Shown in pieces: positions 45,289-57,200 of a stretch of 64,000 nt of DNA (the first letter of the stretch is position 1; the number at the start of each line of letters is the position of its first letter). The stretch is taken from the NCBI GenBank assembly GCA_964270895.1, contig OZ185436.1; one strand, written 5' to 3'. The notes beneath the pieces were generated by a model, which saw nothing but the letters and a program-made list of their open reading frames with translations, made no database searches and was not told where the DNA came from. The position numbers and the translations under genes were made by a program. The stretch comes from Podarcis filfolensis. Lineage: Eukaryota.

Positions 45289-48200
45289 CTATTTTGGTGT
45301 GCCTGGCTTCTTGGGGGTGCCTGGCTTCTTGGTCTGCCAGAGGTGTCCTTGGATGGTGAAGGCATCCACACTCATGGACATGGTCTTGCTGGGAATCTGC
45401 GTGAAGCGCTTACGGTCAGAGCTGTACTTGTAGATGCCCTCGATCATGGCCAGAGTGATGGTGCGTGGCCCGTAGCCTGCCAGGCGCGTCAGTTCCTCCG
45501 TCTCTGGCGACAGGGTGTACAGCGCCCGGAACTGGCAGCTCGAATCACGGAACAGGATGAGGAAGTGATTGGCTTTGCTCTTCTCCACTTCCTAAAATGG
45601 AGGGGGGGGCAGGGAGGAAGATGCGTGTAAAACAGGAGTAAGAATCAAGTCAAGACACATAAAACATTCCAACATTAGAAATGTCTGCAGAACCAACAAC
45701 AAACACGTACAGTTCTAAGTTCTTGTGAGCCAGCAGCTGTCACACATGATTTTCTTCATCTCCACTGAGAAAAGGGAGACTTCTTCAGAGGGTAGGGGGC
45801 TCTCCTACCTTCTGACAGTACGGTTCAACCGCCACTAGGCTCACAGCCAATGAAGATGACCAAACACCTTTGCACATGGGGTTCTATGATTAACATCTCT
45901 CAGTGGTGCAGCCAGTGTGATGCTTTTATGCCACTATTTTCTAACAGCGGAAGATGAGGCCTTGCTGTATTAAGCAAAGGCAAACGTCTATAGCTACAAA
46001 GCCCATGCAGAGTCAGGAGCTGGAGCCAACATGATGTTCTTCAAAATTCACAGAGATCAGAGGAGGATATCTACATGATGTGCACAGTTCAGCAAGACAA
46101 GGGCGAAGGATGCACCTTGCCCAGCCCACAGCCATTTAACAACCTGCCATCCCACCCCATGTTATTGCCTCCTCAGCTTACCTCTAGGATGCGATTTTTC
46201 TGGGGTTCATTGACTTTGCCAGCAAGGCAGCAGTGAGACAGTGCATTGTGAATAATGTACTTATTGGACTTGGCACTGGGCTCCTTGTACAGCTTGGGCC
46301 CTGCAGAGAGAAGAAGAGTTCAGCAGAGAAGACAGGCTCACAAGGCTCCCTAAAGAAGGCAGCCCTGGCAAGACAAGCAGAGATGCTTCACAAGGCAAAA
46401 GATCTGGAGGTCTCTTGATGCCCTTGCAGAGCAGAGCAGGCACCAGATCAAGACACTTTGCCAGTGCATTTGGAGAAGGAGATCTAGCAGAGCCCCCTCT
46501 GTAGTGTCACAGGGGGAAAGCTGGAATTTTCTGGAAGGGAGGACTGAGACAGCAAGAGGTTTACCTGTGTACTCTGGAATGGAGGCTGGCGAGGAGGCGG
46601 TCGATGCGTTCTCCCAGTCACGCTCCCGGTTCTGGTTGGACAGCAACCGGCTGGGGGACATTGGCCCAGAAGGAGATGCAGCTCTGCAAAACAGAAGTGC
46701 TCACCCTTAACTTCTGAAAGCGCAGCACAAACCCATTTTCCTTGGGCCTACTACTAGCTAGAAGGCCAACCCAAATCCCACCCACCCTAGAGCACACTGC
46801 CAGGGTTTTTGCATCTCCCCTATACCCTCTTAATGCTTTAGAGTAACAAGTAGAAGTACTACAAACTCACCGAGAAGACCTCTTGATGGAGAGTGAGTTG
46901 CCAGGATCATTGGCCACCGTAGAAAGCGAGAGAGTCGACTGGGAATACACCTTGCTGAGCTTGGAGCCTAGGAATAGGCAAGCACATGATCAGGAGATGG
47001 GGGCAAAGTTTACATGGCCACAGCTGTCCCTTTCCTGAACCACGGTCCCTTTGCATTCTAGCGCCACCATGACACATGGCAGCTGCGTTTACAAGTTTTC
47101 CGCCGCCCTGCAGAGCGTGCCCAGCTCCTCTCCCAACTAGCCACAGCTCTTACCCAGGAGGCCTTTCACGGGGCTGCGCGCGAGGGCAGAGTCGTCACAG
47201 AAGACGGTCTTGGGCCGCCCCTTCTTGAGGGCGCGCACAGTGGTGGGCTTCTGCCGCAGCACCTTGTCCAGGTCCTCCATCAGCTTGAGCTGATGGCGCC
47301 GCTGGTATTCCAGGCGGGTGAAGTCACCGCGCCTCGGCCCCACCACTTCCTCCTCTTGCCGGGGCTGCTCCTCTGCCTGCCGCTGTCTGGAGAAGCACAG
47401 TCAAGAATACAGCCAGAGGTTAAAAGTGACTACAAGCCCAGCAGACATTTTGTAGTTACAGGAGGAAGGATTCAACATCATACTAAAGTGCACTGCAGCT
47501 CAACAAGTGGGCTGATCTCTCCAGTTTTAGGGTGTGCAGGGGGTTGGAAACCCTGGAAGAGTGAGTGAAAAGGGCCCCATTCACACAAGGCCCCACTGTG
47601 ACATGAGAGCCATTTCCACACAATGGGAAATCCCAGTGCATCAGAACCAATACAAAACAAATGAAGCAGTAGTTATAGATGTATAAAGCATTACTTGAGT
47701 GACCCATTTTTTGTAAGTGTCGGTGTAGCATGTGAACTGGAGAAACCAAATAGAGCTATTGGGGGGGGGTGGAATACTGGAAGCACAAGGCCTCCCACCA
47801 CAGCAGAAGCACCTACCATGGCCATGCCTACAAAGAGGGCCAAGAATGAGAAGGACCCTGTGGCTTCCCCCATCCCAACCTCACCTTGCCTCCTCCTCTT
47901 TCTTCTCCTTCTCCGCCTCCTGCCATTGCTTCCTGCGCTTCGCCTCCTCAGTGCGTCGCTGCTGCCTCTCTAGGAAGCTTGCGCGCTTCTGCGCCATTTC
48001 CTCCTCAGCCATCGCCTCATCCTGAACAAACGCAGCGAGTCAGTAGAGAGAAAGGGTGGGTGAGTCCTCTAAGATGCAGGGTCACTTTTCACTTTCAGGA
48101 CAGGAGTCACACAGCAGCCAGGCCTGTCCTTATGGTTGGCTACAATGACAACTGGATGCTGAACTATATTGGTCGGATCCAGCAGAGCTCTTAGGTTCTT

Positions 48201-51200
48201 TTTCTACCTTCCTCTGGACTGGAGCCAACTGCTCTCAACCCCTCTGGAAATGCCACTCCATGTATCCTGTGTGATCCTGCCAGCTATAGATAGGGCTTGC
48301 CCAAAATGGGGTTCCTAGCACCTACAGATAGGATCAGAATCCCAAAGGTGGGTGATAGAGAGAAGGAAAAAACTTCATGTGATTTACCGATGCCTGGAGG
48401 TCCCAGGATTATCAAGCCTCAGAATGAGGTCCAAAACTGGCAGAAAGCTCAGGAACTGAGACCTCGAACTCCCACTGCAAATCCCAAGTCAACCTGGCAG
48501 AGGTCATTCTGTACATGATCCACACTCCATCCTCTCTTCATTTGAGGCTGAGTTCTGCTTCTGGAGCTTATGCTTATGGTCCTATCTTTGGGCCAGTCCA
48601 AGATGCTGCAGAGATCTGCATCGCCACTAGAGAGCAGCAGCAGCTGGTGTGATTTAAGCCGGCGCAGTAGAAAAACACGTCTGAAAAAAGATCTTCCCTG
48701 ACCCACAAGGATCTCAGAAAGGAGATGTCCGTTTTAAGTTGGACACACGCACACAGTGTCTTTGTTCAAGCACTTGGCTTCAGCAACCCCACCTGCACTT
48801 TCTGCATACGCTCCTGCCAGTCAAAAGGGGCCCCTTGGAATCCCTGTCCCACTGCAGGCCGCCTACTCCCGTTACCTTGAGCCAGCCAAGAAAGAGCGAA
48901 GCAGCACAGCCACCTGAAGCCCAGCCTAGCCCTGGCTGGCTCCAAGGGCCTAGCCATACCCAGCTCCCTCTTGCCCATGCTCCAAAAGCTCTTCTATAGA
49001 AAGTGCAGAATGCCCGCCATGAGTGTTAGCAGTCTCCGCTTCAAGCGCTTACCTTGAAGTAGAAGCCCATGCCAGCCCGGGCTGGCTCGGAGTCCAGGGC
49101 CTCGGTGATGGATCCCTCCAGCGAGTCGTTGCCATCTGCATCGTCATCTTCCTCCTCCCCCTTCAGGCTGGACAAGGGGATTTCAATCAGGCTGCTGCGC
49201 CGGTCGCTGGGCGAGGAGACGTCACTGGTGCCATCCCCCGAGACACGGCCATTGCCTCCCTGAGGGGGCACTGAGGCCACAGGCCGCAAGTTCCCCTGGG
49301 CCTCCGGGACAGGCAGCTCCTCGTCCTCGGCAAAATGGATGGAGGAGCGGGTCTGCATGGGCACCTGGCTGGGGGAAAACTTGCGGAGGTGTGGGAGGGT
49401 GTCCACGTTGTGGGGAGGTGTCAGGACCCGCGTGAGGGGGGGCAGCTTCAGCTCCACTGGCCGGGCGTGCCGGGGGCTCTTGGGCGGAGCCGGGACAGGA
49501 GACTTCTTAGGGGTGGGCTGAGGGGAGCGGGACTTGCGGGAAGGGGAGGGCGACGGCGATGGGGAGGACAGCTCCAGGGAGGAGCGGGGAGGAGCCCCCT
49601 CACGGCCGGTCCTTGGGGCTGGGATCACCCAGGCCTGCACACTAGGCTTCTTATCCAGCAGGAGGCGCTGCTGCTGATCGCTCAGACGCTGCATGTCCAG
49701 CTGCAGGGAGCTCAGGGCGGTATTCAGTTTGGCCACCGCCCGGTTGTAGTCGCCCAGGTTCTCGTCCAACGCTCCGCCCTTAGTGATTTCCGGGGAAAAG
49801 GTCACCTGCTTGTTGTCTAGGCGGGCCCGAGGGCTTCCGGCCTCTTCCTCTGCCTCCAGCTGGGCAAGCCGCTCCTCGAGAGCGAGCCGGCCATCCTCCG
49901 ACTGGCCCTGGGCGTCGGGGGCCTTCTGTAGCTGCAGGAAGGCACTCTTGCCCAGGCGCTGGCGGTGCCGGGTGAAGATGGCCTCAATGCGCTTCTTCTG
50001 AGCCTCAATGGCCCGGCGCTTCTCCTCCAGCCGCGCCCCCAGCTGGCTCATCTCTGAGCTGAGGGCGGGGCTCTGGGCGGGGCTCTCGTCTGGTGGGACA
50101 GGCCCAACCTCAGAGCCCTCAGAGCTGATCCCACTGGACTTGCTGTCTGTCGCCGCCAGCTTCTTCTTGCGCTCCGCGAAGCTGGTCATGCGCACACCAG
50201 AGGCAGACGAAGCTGTGCTATCGGGCTGCGAGCTCAGCGAACTGACGCACGAGGTGGAGTCGTCTGGGCCGCCAGGGGCCCGCGTGGGCTCCTCTGCGTC
50301 TGAGTCTAGGCTGCCGTCCTGGGCTGGCTCGGCCCCATTGGGGGGGCCATTGTGGCAGCGGTAAACAGTAGCCATGGGTGCCTTTTCTGGCACAGAAGTT
50401 TTCGGTGGCTCCGGAGAGTGCAGGTAAAAGCCATCGGGCGCTCCCTCGGGGAGCAGGCGTTCACTGCTGTGGATGATCTGCAGGGCCTCCTCGATGGTAG
50501 GCAGGTCGGGGTAGCCGTCGCTCAGCCCGTTTTCCAGGGCCAGCCCCTCCTGGGCCTTGGGTCCAGCCCCATGGAGCGGTGTTGTCACTAAGCCATTGGG
50601 GGCCTCAACCACGTCAGTGGACCGTGGGCGCGGGGAGCGAGGCAAGGAGGAATAGAGGGCAGGGGCCAGGCTGTCTGAGCTGACAGAGCGCAGCATGCCC
50701 ACCGGGTTCCCCATCACAATGTCCACATCGCTGTCCAAGCCAAAGGGGATGCTGAAGGAGACCGCCTGCGACAATGGGTGGCTAGGGAAGCGGAGCAAAG
50801 CGATAAGATTAGGAGCAAAAGAAGGACGGACAAGCTAGGACATTCCAAGCCCACCTTCCACTCACAACCTGCTGGTACTGCTTCTCACAACTCTGTATCC
50901 TAAGTCGGTGGATAAGCAGAGGTCTGGGAAATTGTCCCCTCCTCTGGCCATATGAAATCCACCCCCCGTGCTCCTCACCTGAGCTGCTTCTTGCTCCATG
51001 GTTTACCAAAACCCTCAACATGGGACATGGATGTGGAGTGATGCAGGGAGCCTAAGGACACAAAAAGGACCCAAATCAGAGAAACAAGAGAGCCGAGGAA
51101 CAAGAAGATACAGCGGGGTTGTCCTAGAGACTTGGTGGCAGGAGTCAAGGCCCTCAACTCAAGGGGTGGGAGGAATTCAAGCAGCTTGCCAGATGTTTCC

Positions 51201-54200
51201 GACTCCAGCTCCCATCCCTCCCTGACCATTGTCCATGCTTGCTCTGGCTGATGGGAGTGACAACCCAAAACATCTGGAGGGTTCCAAGTTGGCCCAGGCT
51301 GTCCTTGGGGGATAGTATCCTCCATGTCAAAATAAGGAGAAGCAAGCACACAAAAGGAGAGCCGCTCTACTTTGACAAGGATCCTTCACAAAGCATGTGT
51401 TTGAAAGGACACCAAAGGCCCATGAGGGCACGACGTCATCAGCACAAACTCCGATGACGTCAGATATATCTCAGGCTGTCTAGGGCCATCTCTTGAGGTG
51501 AGATGTAGATTAAAACCTGCCTTCTCAGAATGATCTTTTCCCATGATAGGACAGTTTACACAGTACAATTTTGTGCATGCCTATTCACAAGCAAAGTTCC
51601 AGGTGTAAACCAGGAAGGAGGAACCTGCAGCCCTCCAGACATAACTGGACTACAACTCCCATCGTCCTTGGCCTTGGGCTATGCCAGCTGGGCCGGATGG
51701 AAGTTAGGAGATTCAAAGCACCCAGAAGGGCAGAGCTTTCCCCTCTCTGGCTGCACAGGGTTGCAGCCCTTATTGCCTTACAAGAGGTTCAACAGAGCTC
51801 ACCCTTACTCATGCAATGAATCTAGCATACTGCGCCTTTACCAAAGCATCTTAAAATTGTGCCATCTAAGGCAGGCATACTATGGCTCTGTTGCTCTTGA
51901 GAAATGTGCAGCAGCTGCTGGGTGAAGCTGAACAGCTATCCAGGACCAAGAGCTTGGGAAACCACAGAAACAAGCCCCTGGGGATGCCGACAGTCATGAT
52001 CATGACGCCTTAAGAAGGACCTCCAAGAGACTTACATGTGTTTTGCTTAACCTTTTACCCCCAACAGAACTGAAGGACTCCTTTTCTTCCCCCACAGCTT
52101 GTATGCGGTTTGTATTGGTGGGGGGTGGGAGAGACTAGACAAAGCAGCAGCACCTTACCTAAAGAACCACAGAGCGGAGACTGTGCCTGCCCTCCAGGTA
52201 GCAGTGGGTGGCGGAAGCTGAAAACTGGGGAGCTACTGGGGGAGATAAGAGATGAGATCAGATTAAGAACATTGCTACAAAACTTGTTGTCACACAGAGA
52301 GAAGCAGATGCTGCTGCACACTGGTTAGGCCTCCAGCCACAATCCTCTGGCAGCACCAACACAGACCGCACTCACACAAGCGAAGTCAGCAGAGGGAAAC
52401 TGGGTGCTGAAAGCTAGTCCTTTGAGGAAATAGGATTAGTTTGGTGTGGGTTGTTGCGTTTTGTTTTTTTAAAGGGGAGGGGTGCTAGAAACCCAAGAAG
52501 GAATTTGCACAACACTAGAATCACTGCATTACATTATACGTGGAACATGTAGGCACTCTGCTAAGTGTTGATTCCACTCATTCGTTTGGCAAATGAAGTG
52601 AACAGACTTGCAGGAACAAGTTCCTTTAATTTGCTGCCTAAAGGCATTCCCATAACTTGCACATGGGAGGAAAGCTGTGCCTACCTTAAAGATCAGAAGC
52701 TTGCCCAGTCACACCCCCACCCACCCACCTGCCCTGCAAGAAGAACTACAATTTCTGCTGGCCTGGAGCAAAGGGAGAGCAGCTGCTCTGGCCAAAAGTG
52801 CTTTCCCCTTTACTCCACCAGTGCAACTCAATCCAGGTAAACCACGAAGACTCCCCTGATCAGCTGCTACAGCTGATCAGGGGAAGGGAGCACCCGACCC
52901 ACACACTGACAGTGCCAGGGACACAGTTTTCTCCCCAGAGCAAAGGAAGGCCCAAGCCTCCTGAAACATAAGGAGGCACTGAGCCACCACAAAAAACATA
53001 AGGAGCTCTCCCCACCCTGATTACAGGAATAACTCCTTCCAGATCACGTTTCCCCAAAGACTGTCTAATATTAATATGTGGAGAGGCCCCCTAGGCAAGC
53101 AGAGAGGGGGAAAGTCAAGCTGTGGCACTTCGGAGTACAGTACTAACACATCTGAAGAGCAAGTTGCTGAGTGGAGGGTTTTTTTAAGGAAAGCAAGGAC
53201 TCTTATGTCAACAGCACTGAAATCATGAAGGACCTCAAGGACTCTCCCAGACCTCTGCCAGCTGCAACAGCAACATTGCCCCTTTGAAGTGACAATAGTT
53301 AACTATTCCTAAAGGGATTCACGGTTTTTGAGCACTACTGGGAAGGGCACAGTTAAGCCACCAGCAGCGTACAACTCCCATCATTCCTGACCAGCAGCCA
53401 CATTGGTTGTTGCTGGTTGGAGTCCAGCAACATTTTGAGAGCCACTGGCTCCTTGCCTGGAGTCATCTGTCAGCAACATCATGGCTTGTGGACTTGCAGG
53501 TAGCAGTCTGGACATGACTCCCGTCTAAGGCTTCCCAACAGCTTTGATTCATACACGGGAGACTGGCTAGCCACGCTGCCAGACAGGGAAGCTAGTGATA
53601 GCAACACACTCAGGCTAAAGCAGCTTCGTTTTATAAGCTGGAACTGGAGCTGACATGGCAGAATGCAGGGACCGTCCTCTTGGTGGGTGGAAAGGTAGGG
53701 AACTGGTGCCCTGGAGAAGGCAATCCCTGGCATCTCTAGGTAGGGCTGGGAGAGGCTCCCTGTCTGAAACTACAGCTCCCATCATTCCTGACCAGATTCT
53801 GATAGCTAGGGATGATGGGAGTTGTAGTCTGAAAACGGCTGGAGACCCAAGTTTGGGAAACCCTGGTGTAGACAACATTGAGAGAGGTGGGTCAGTGGGG
53901 TCTGGTTCAGCATAAGGCAATTTCTCATGCTCCTACATCATCATCCATTAACAAAATCCTAGCTCTGGAATGAGGCACCAGAGAGAAAGAGCAGCCCACA
54001 GACACCTTCCTTGCAAAGCACAGCATCCAAATCTGACTCTCAGCATGGGCAAGAGAGGGCAAGCCTGGTTTCAGGCTCCAAGTGGCGGTGGTGAGAGTAG
54101 CAGAGGCTCCCTTACCTGCTGTTGTTCCCACTGTTGGGCGTCAGGGAGTCATTCAGCCCAGGGGAATCTGGAAGAGAACAGCCACTTTACTGAACAAGCT

Positions 54201-57200
54201 GAGAGGGGAAGGGAGCAGAGAGCTCACGCTGAGGATTAAGTCACTAGAAGGTCAGGAAAGGGTGGGAATGCCAACCACGTGTACCAAAGGGCAGGAGAGG
54301 AACCTGCTCCCATCTCGGCTCACACAGGAGGCCATTGTTCCAAGGCTGGAGCATGCCAGCTCCCAGCAGCCCATGCCTCTGCTCCACTTACTCAGTGGGA
54401 CAACTGATTTAGGGCGGCGGGGGAAGTGTGACAGTGATAGGCTGCTATCAAATACCTGTGTGCACAGACAGGCTTTATAGCACAGCCTTTACTTTTCCTT
54501 ATTTTTCAGGCATGCAATTTACCACCTGATGTACAGAATGCACAATGGGGATTAAAGGTATCTTTTCTTGCAGCAAGACCAGAAAAGCGTTCGCAACATC
54601 AAAATGCAAACTTTCCAGGAAGGGCCAAGGTTTTAACAAGTATTTGGAAAAGCCGTGAACGCTGGTCAAGATAAAGCCAAGGCAAGCACAATCTAAATCC
54701 TGCAACAGGATCCATTGATGCTCCACAGACAGAATATGTTTGCTCAATTAATCAGATAAAAGTGACTACAAGGTGTGAAACAAAAATACCAGTCACCTTT
54801 GGTTTATACCACGTAATATGGGAGGCATATGCTATACCCTCTTTCCATCTCCCCCTTAAAAGGAAGGGAGGACCTGATTGCCAATTATCTAGTTCAAAAC
54901 ATTGTACGAACTGTAACAGATAACTTGTGGAAGACAAATTTCCTAAGGCTTTAAGAGAAGCTTTTCATTCTCAAAAATAAGAAAAAGCAGGCGCGTGGGC
55001 CCCAGATTTGCAAAATGTCTGGAAAGCATGCAACTAGTAATAATGTCTTCAGAAACAATTAGATACAGCTGCAATTAAGATGTTCTGCGCTTCTTCCTTT
55101 CTCTCCCCATGTCGACTGTGCTCCCTCCTCTACTCTAATTATCCCACCAGCATTCCATATACTTCAAAAATCATAATTCTTGTGTTCACATGTATACAAA
55201 CAATTTTTTTTTTGCCATATATGCTACAATTATTAAATGGGGGTGGGTGTTAAGTTATTCGGGCGGGGGGGGAGGTAGTTTGGGTTTTTCTGCCTGCTCA
55301 GCACAATGGAAATTATCAGCACATAGTATACCAAATATAAGAGTCTGCCCATAATGAATGTACCGACAAATATCTTGCAATACTACATACCCAAAACAGC
55401 ACAGCTCTGCAGGCTGGGAATGGACTGCCTCACTCCTATCCTGGGTTAGTTGCTCCTCAAGCTAACTGCTACCACTAAGGTATGGAGGGTGAGGGGAACC
55501 ATACCTTAGACTCCAGCATCCTTGGCATCTTCAGGTAGGTCAGGGGGAAAGGCTCTGGACCTGAAACCCCAGAGAGGCACTAGCAGCCAGTTTACACACA
55601 ACAAGGAGCAAGCCAAAGCAGTGCGAGCCCGTGAACCTGGGCAGCTTCCTGGGTGCCACAGACATACAAGCACACCTGCCACCTTCTTACCTTGAAGTCC
55701 AGGCAGCTCCTTTGGGTGCACAAAGTCAGGCTTAAGCACCTCAAAGCACAGGAACAACTCTGCCAGGAACACCCCGACGTTTATCTGGGGATGAAGGGCA
55801 ATGAGTTAGCCAAATAGTCTCTGGAGGAAGCAGCCTTCATTCCCCTCACTTAGCCAGAGTTGGGTCCAGAAAACAAGGGGGAGGAGAGAACCTAGTCTCT
55901 GCTCCACCATCTCCATCTGCAGGTAGCACTCCTGAGAAGAACTCTTCCTGGTGCCTACAACGTCTCTCTTCTGACCCACCGCAATCCCCGCCCCCAGCAC
56001 TGCCCTGCCACCCACTGCAGAAGGGCCTCATTGTTCTTGCACGATCAGCCTCCAATTAGTGCAGCCAGAGGCCCCAGCCAAGACTCATTAGGGCCAAGGC
56101 AGGCTGGACGCTCAGACCAAACACTAATCCCCACTTGCTCCACATGAGCAGCCACACGGGGCACGGAGCAAGGCTTCCTTCTGCCATGCCAGGGCTCCTT
56201 CCAAGCAGCTCCTCGGCCCTGAAGCTCTGAGGGCTTCCCTTACTGCAGCCAGGGCAGCCATGTTTTTATCTCTAGAGGTACAGAGGGGCTGGAGGACTGC
56301 CCCACCTCCTGCCCAGTCCCAGCACTCACCCTCAGCATAGGCGGCATGTACAGCAGGTCCTCCAAGGAGAGGAAGCAGGAGCCACCCAAATAGTCCGCAG
56401 AGAAGCCCTGGATCAGCTGCAGGTTGTACAGGCTGTCTGCCACCGACATGGTCTCCTTCAGGCACACGTCTACAGGGCAAGGGAAGCACACAATAGCCAT
56501 CAGCGTGCGGGGTGCATTCGTGTGCACACACACGTGCGAGTGGAAGCAATGCACACACAGCGGCTGCAAGCTCCGAGCAGCTGCCCCATCCCTCCACCCA
56601 GGACCCAGAGCACCGACTTACCCTCGAGGCGCACAATCTGGGGGCAGTAGTAGTGGATGGTGGCAGCAATGGCGCCCCCGCTGGCCAGGTCCTTCATGCC
56701 AGTGATGGCAGGGAAGCAGGGAGTCTGCTTGGGCAGCGCCTTGTCCTTCCGATAGCGGATCTGTGCAGGGCAGAAACGCAGGAGGAAGTCAACACAGAGA
56801 CGGAAGGAGCTGGTCCCCACACAAGGGACACTTGAAAAAGCCTAAAGAATGCACCCCCGCCTCCTCTCGGTCCAGGGCCTCACACTCTAAGCTCCTCCAT
56901 CCCACCCTCAGCTTCACCACCATGCAGAAGCCCTCATGAAATTCTTCCTGGGAATACCCAGGGGGTGAAGAACCAACCAAGATTAACACCCTCTTTCCCA
57001 CCCCAAGAATATGTGTGCACAAAATATGACACCTCCCCCACCCTGCCCCAATACCAAGAGCAAAGTGCATGCTGGGAGGGAGGCAAAGGATATAAAGCGG
57101 GGGGGGGGGGGGGGCGCAAGCGAGTCCCTCGAAGGCACAAGTCCCTCTGTGTCAGCCAAGGAGGAGAAAAGCAGGAGGGAAGTGAGGAGGAAGCAGCCAG

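Noticed and set aside
49069-50591. Several long ORFs on both strands overlapping the large CAMSAP3 exon
   Set aside because: Shadow frames of a GC-rich coding exon; no independent motifs or splice signals.
52036-52097. Strong minus-strand donor AT|GTAAGT as an extra CAMSAP3 exon
   Set aside because: The only acceptor with a pyrimidine tract gives 34 nt (frameshift), the frame-preserving AGs have purine-rich upstream sequence, and extending the previous exon hits TAA at 52055.
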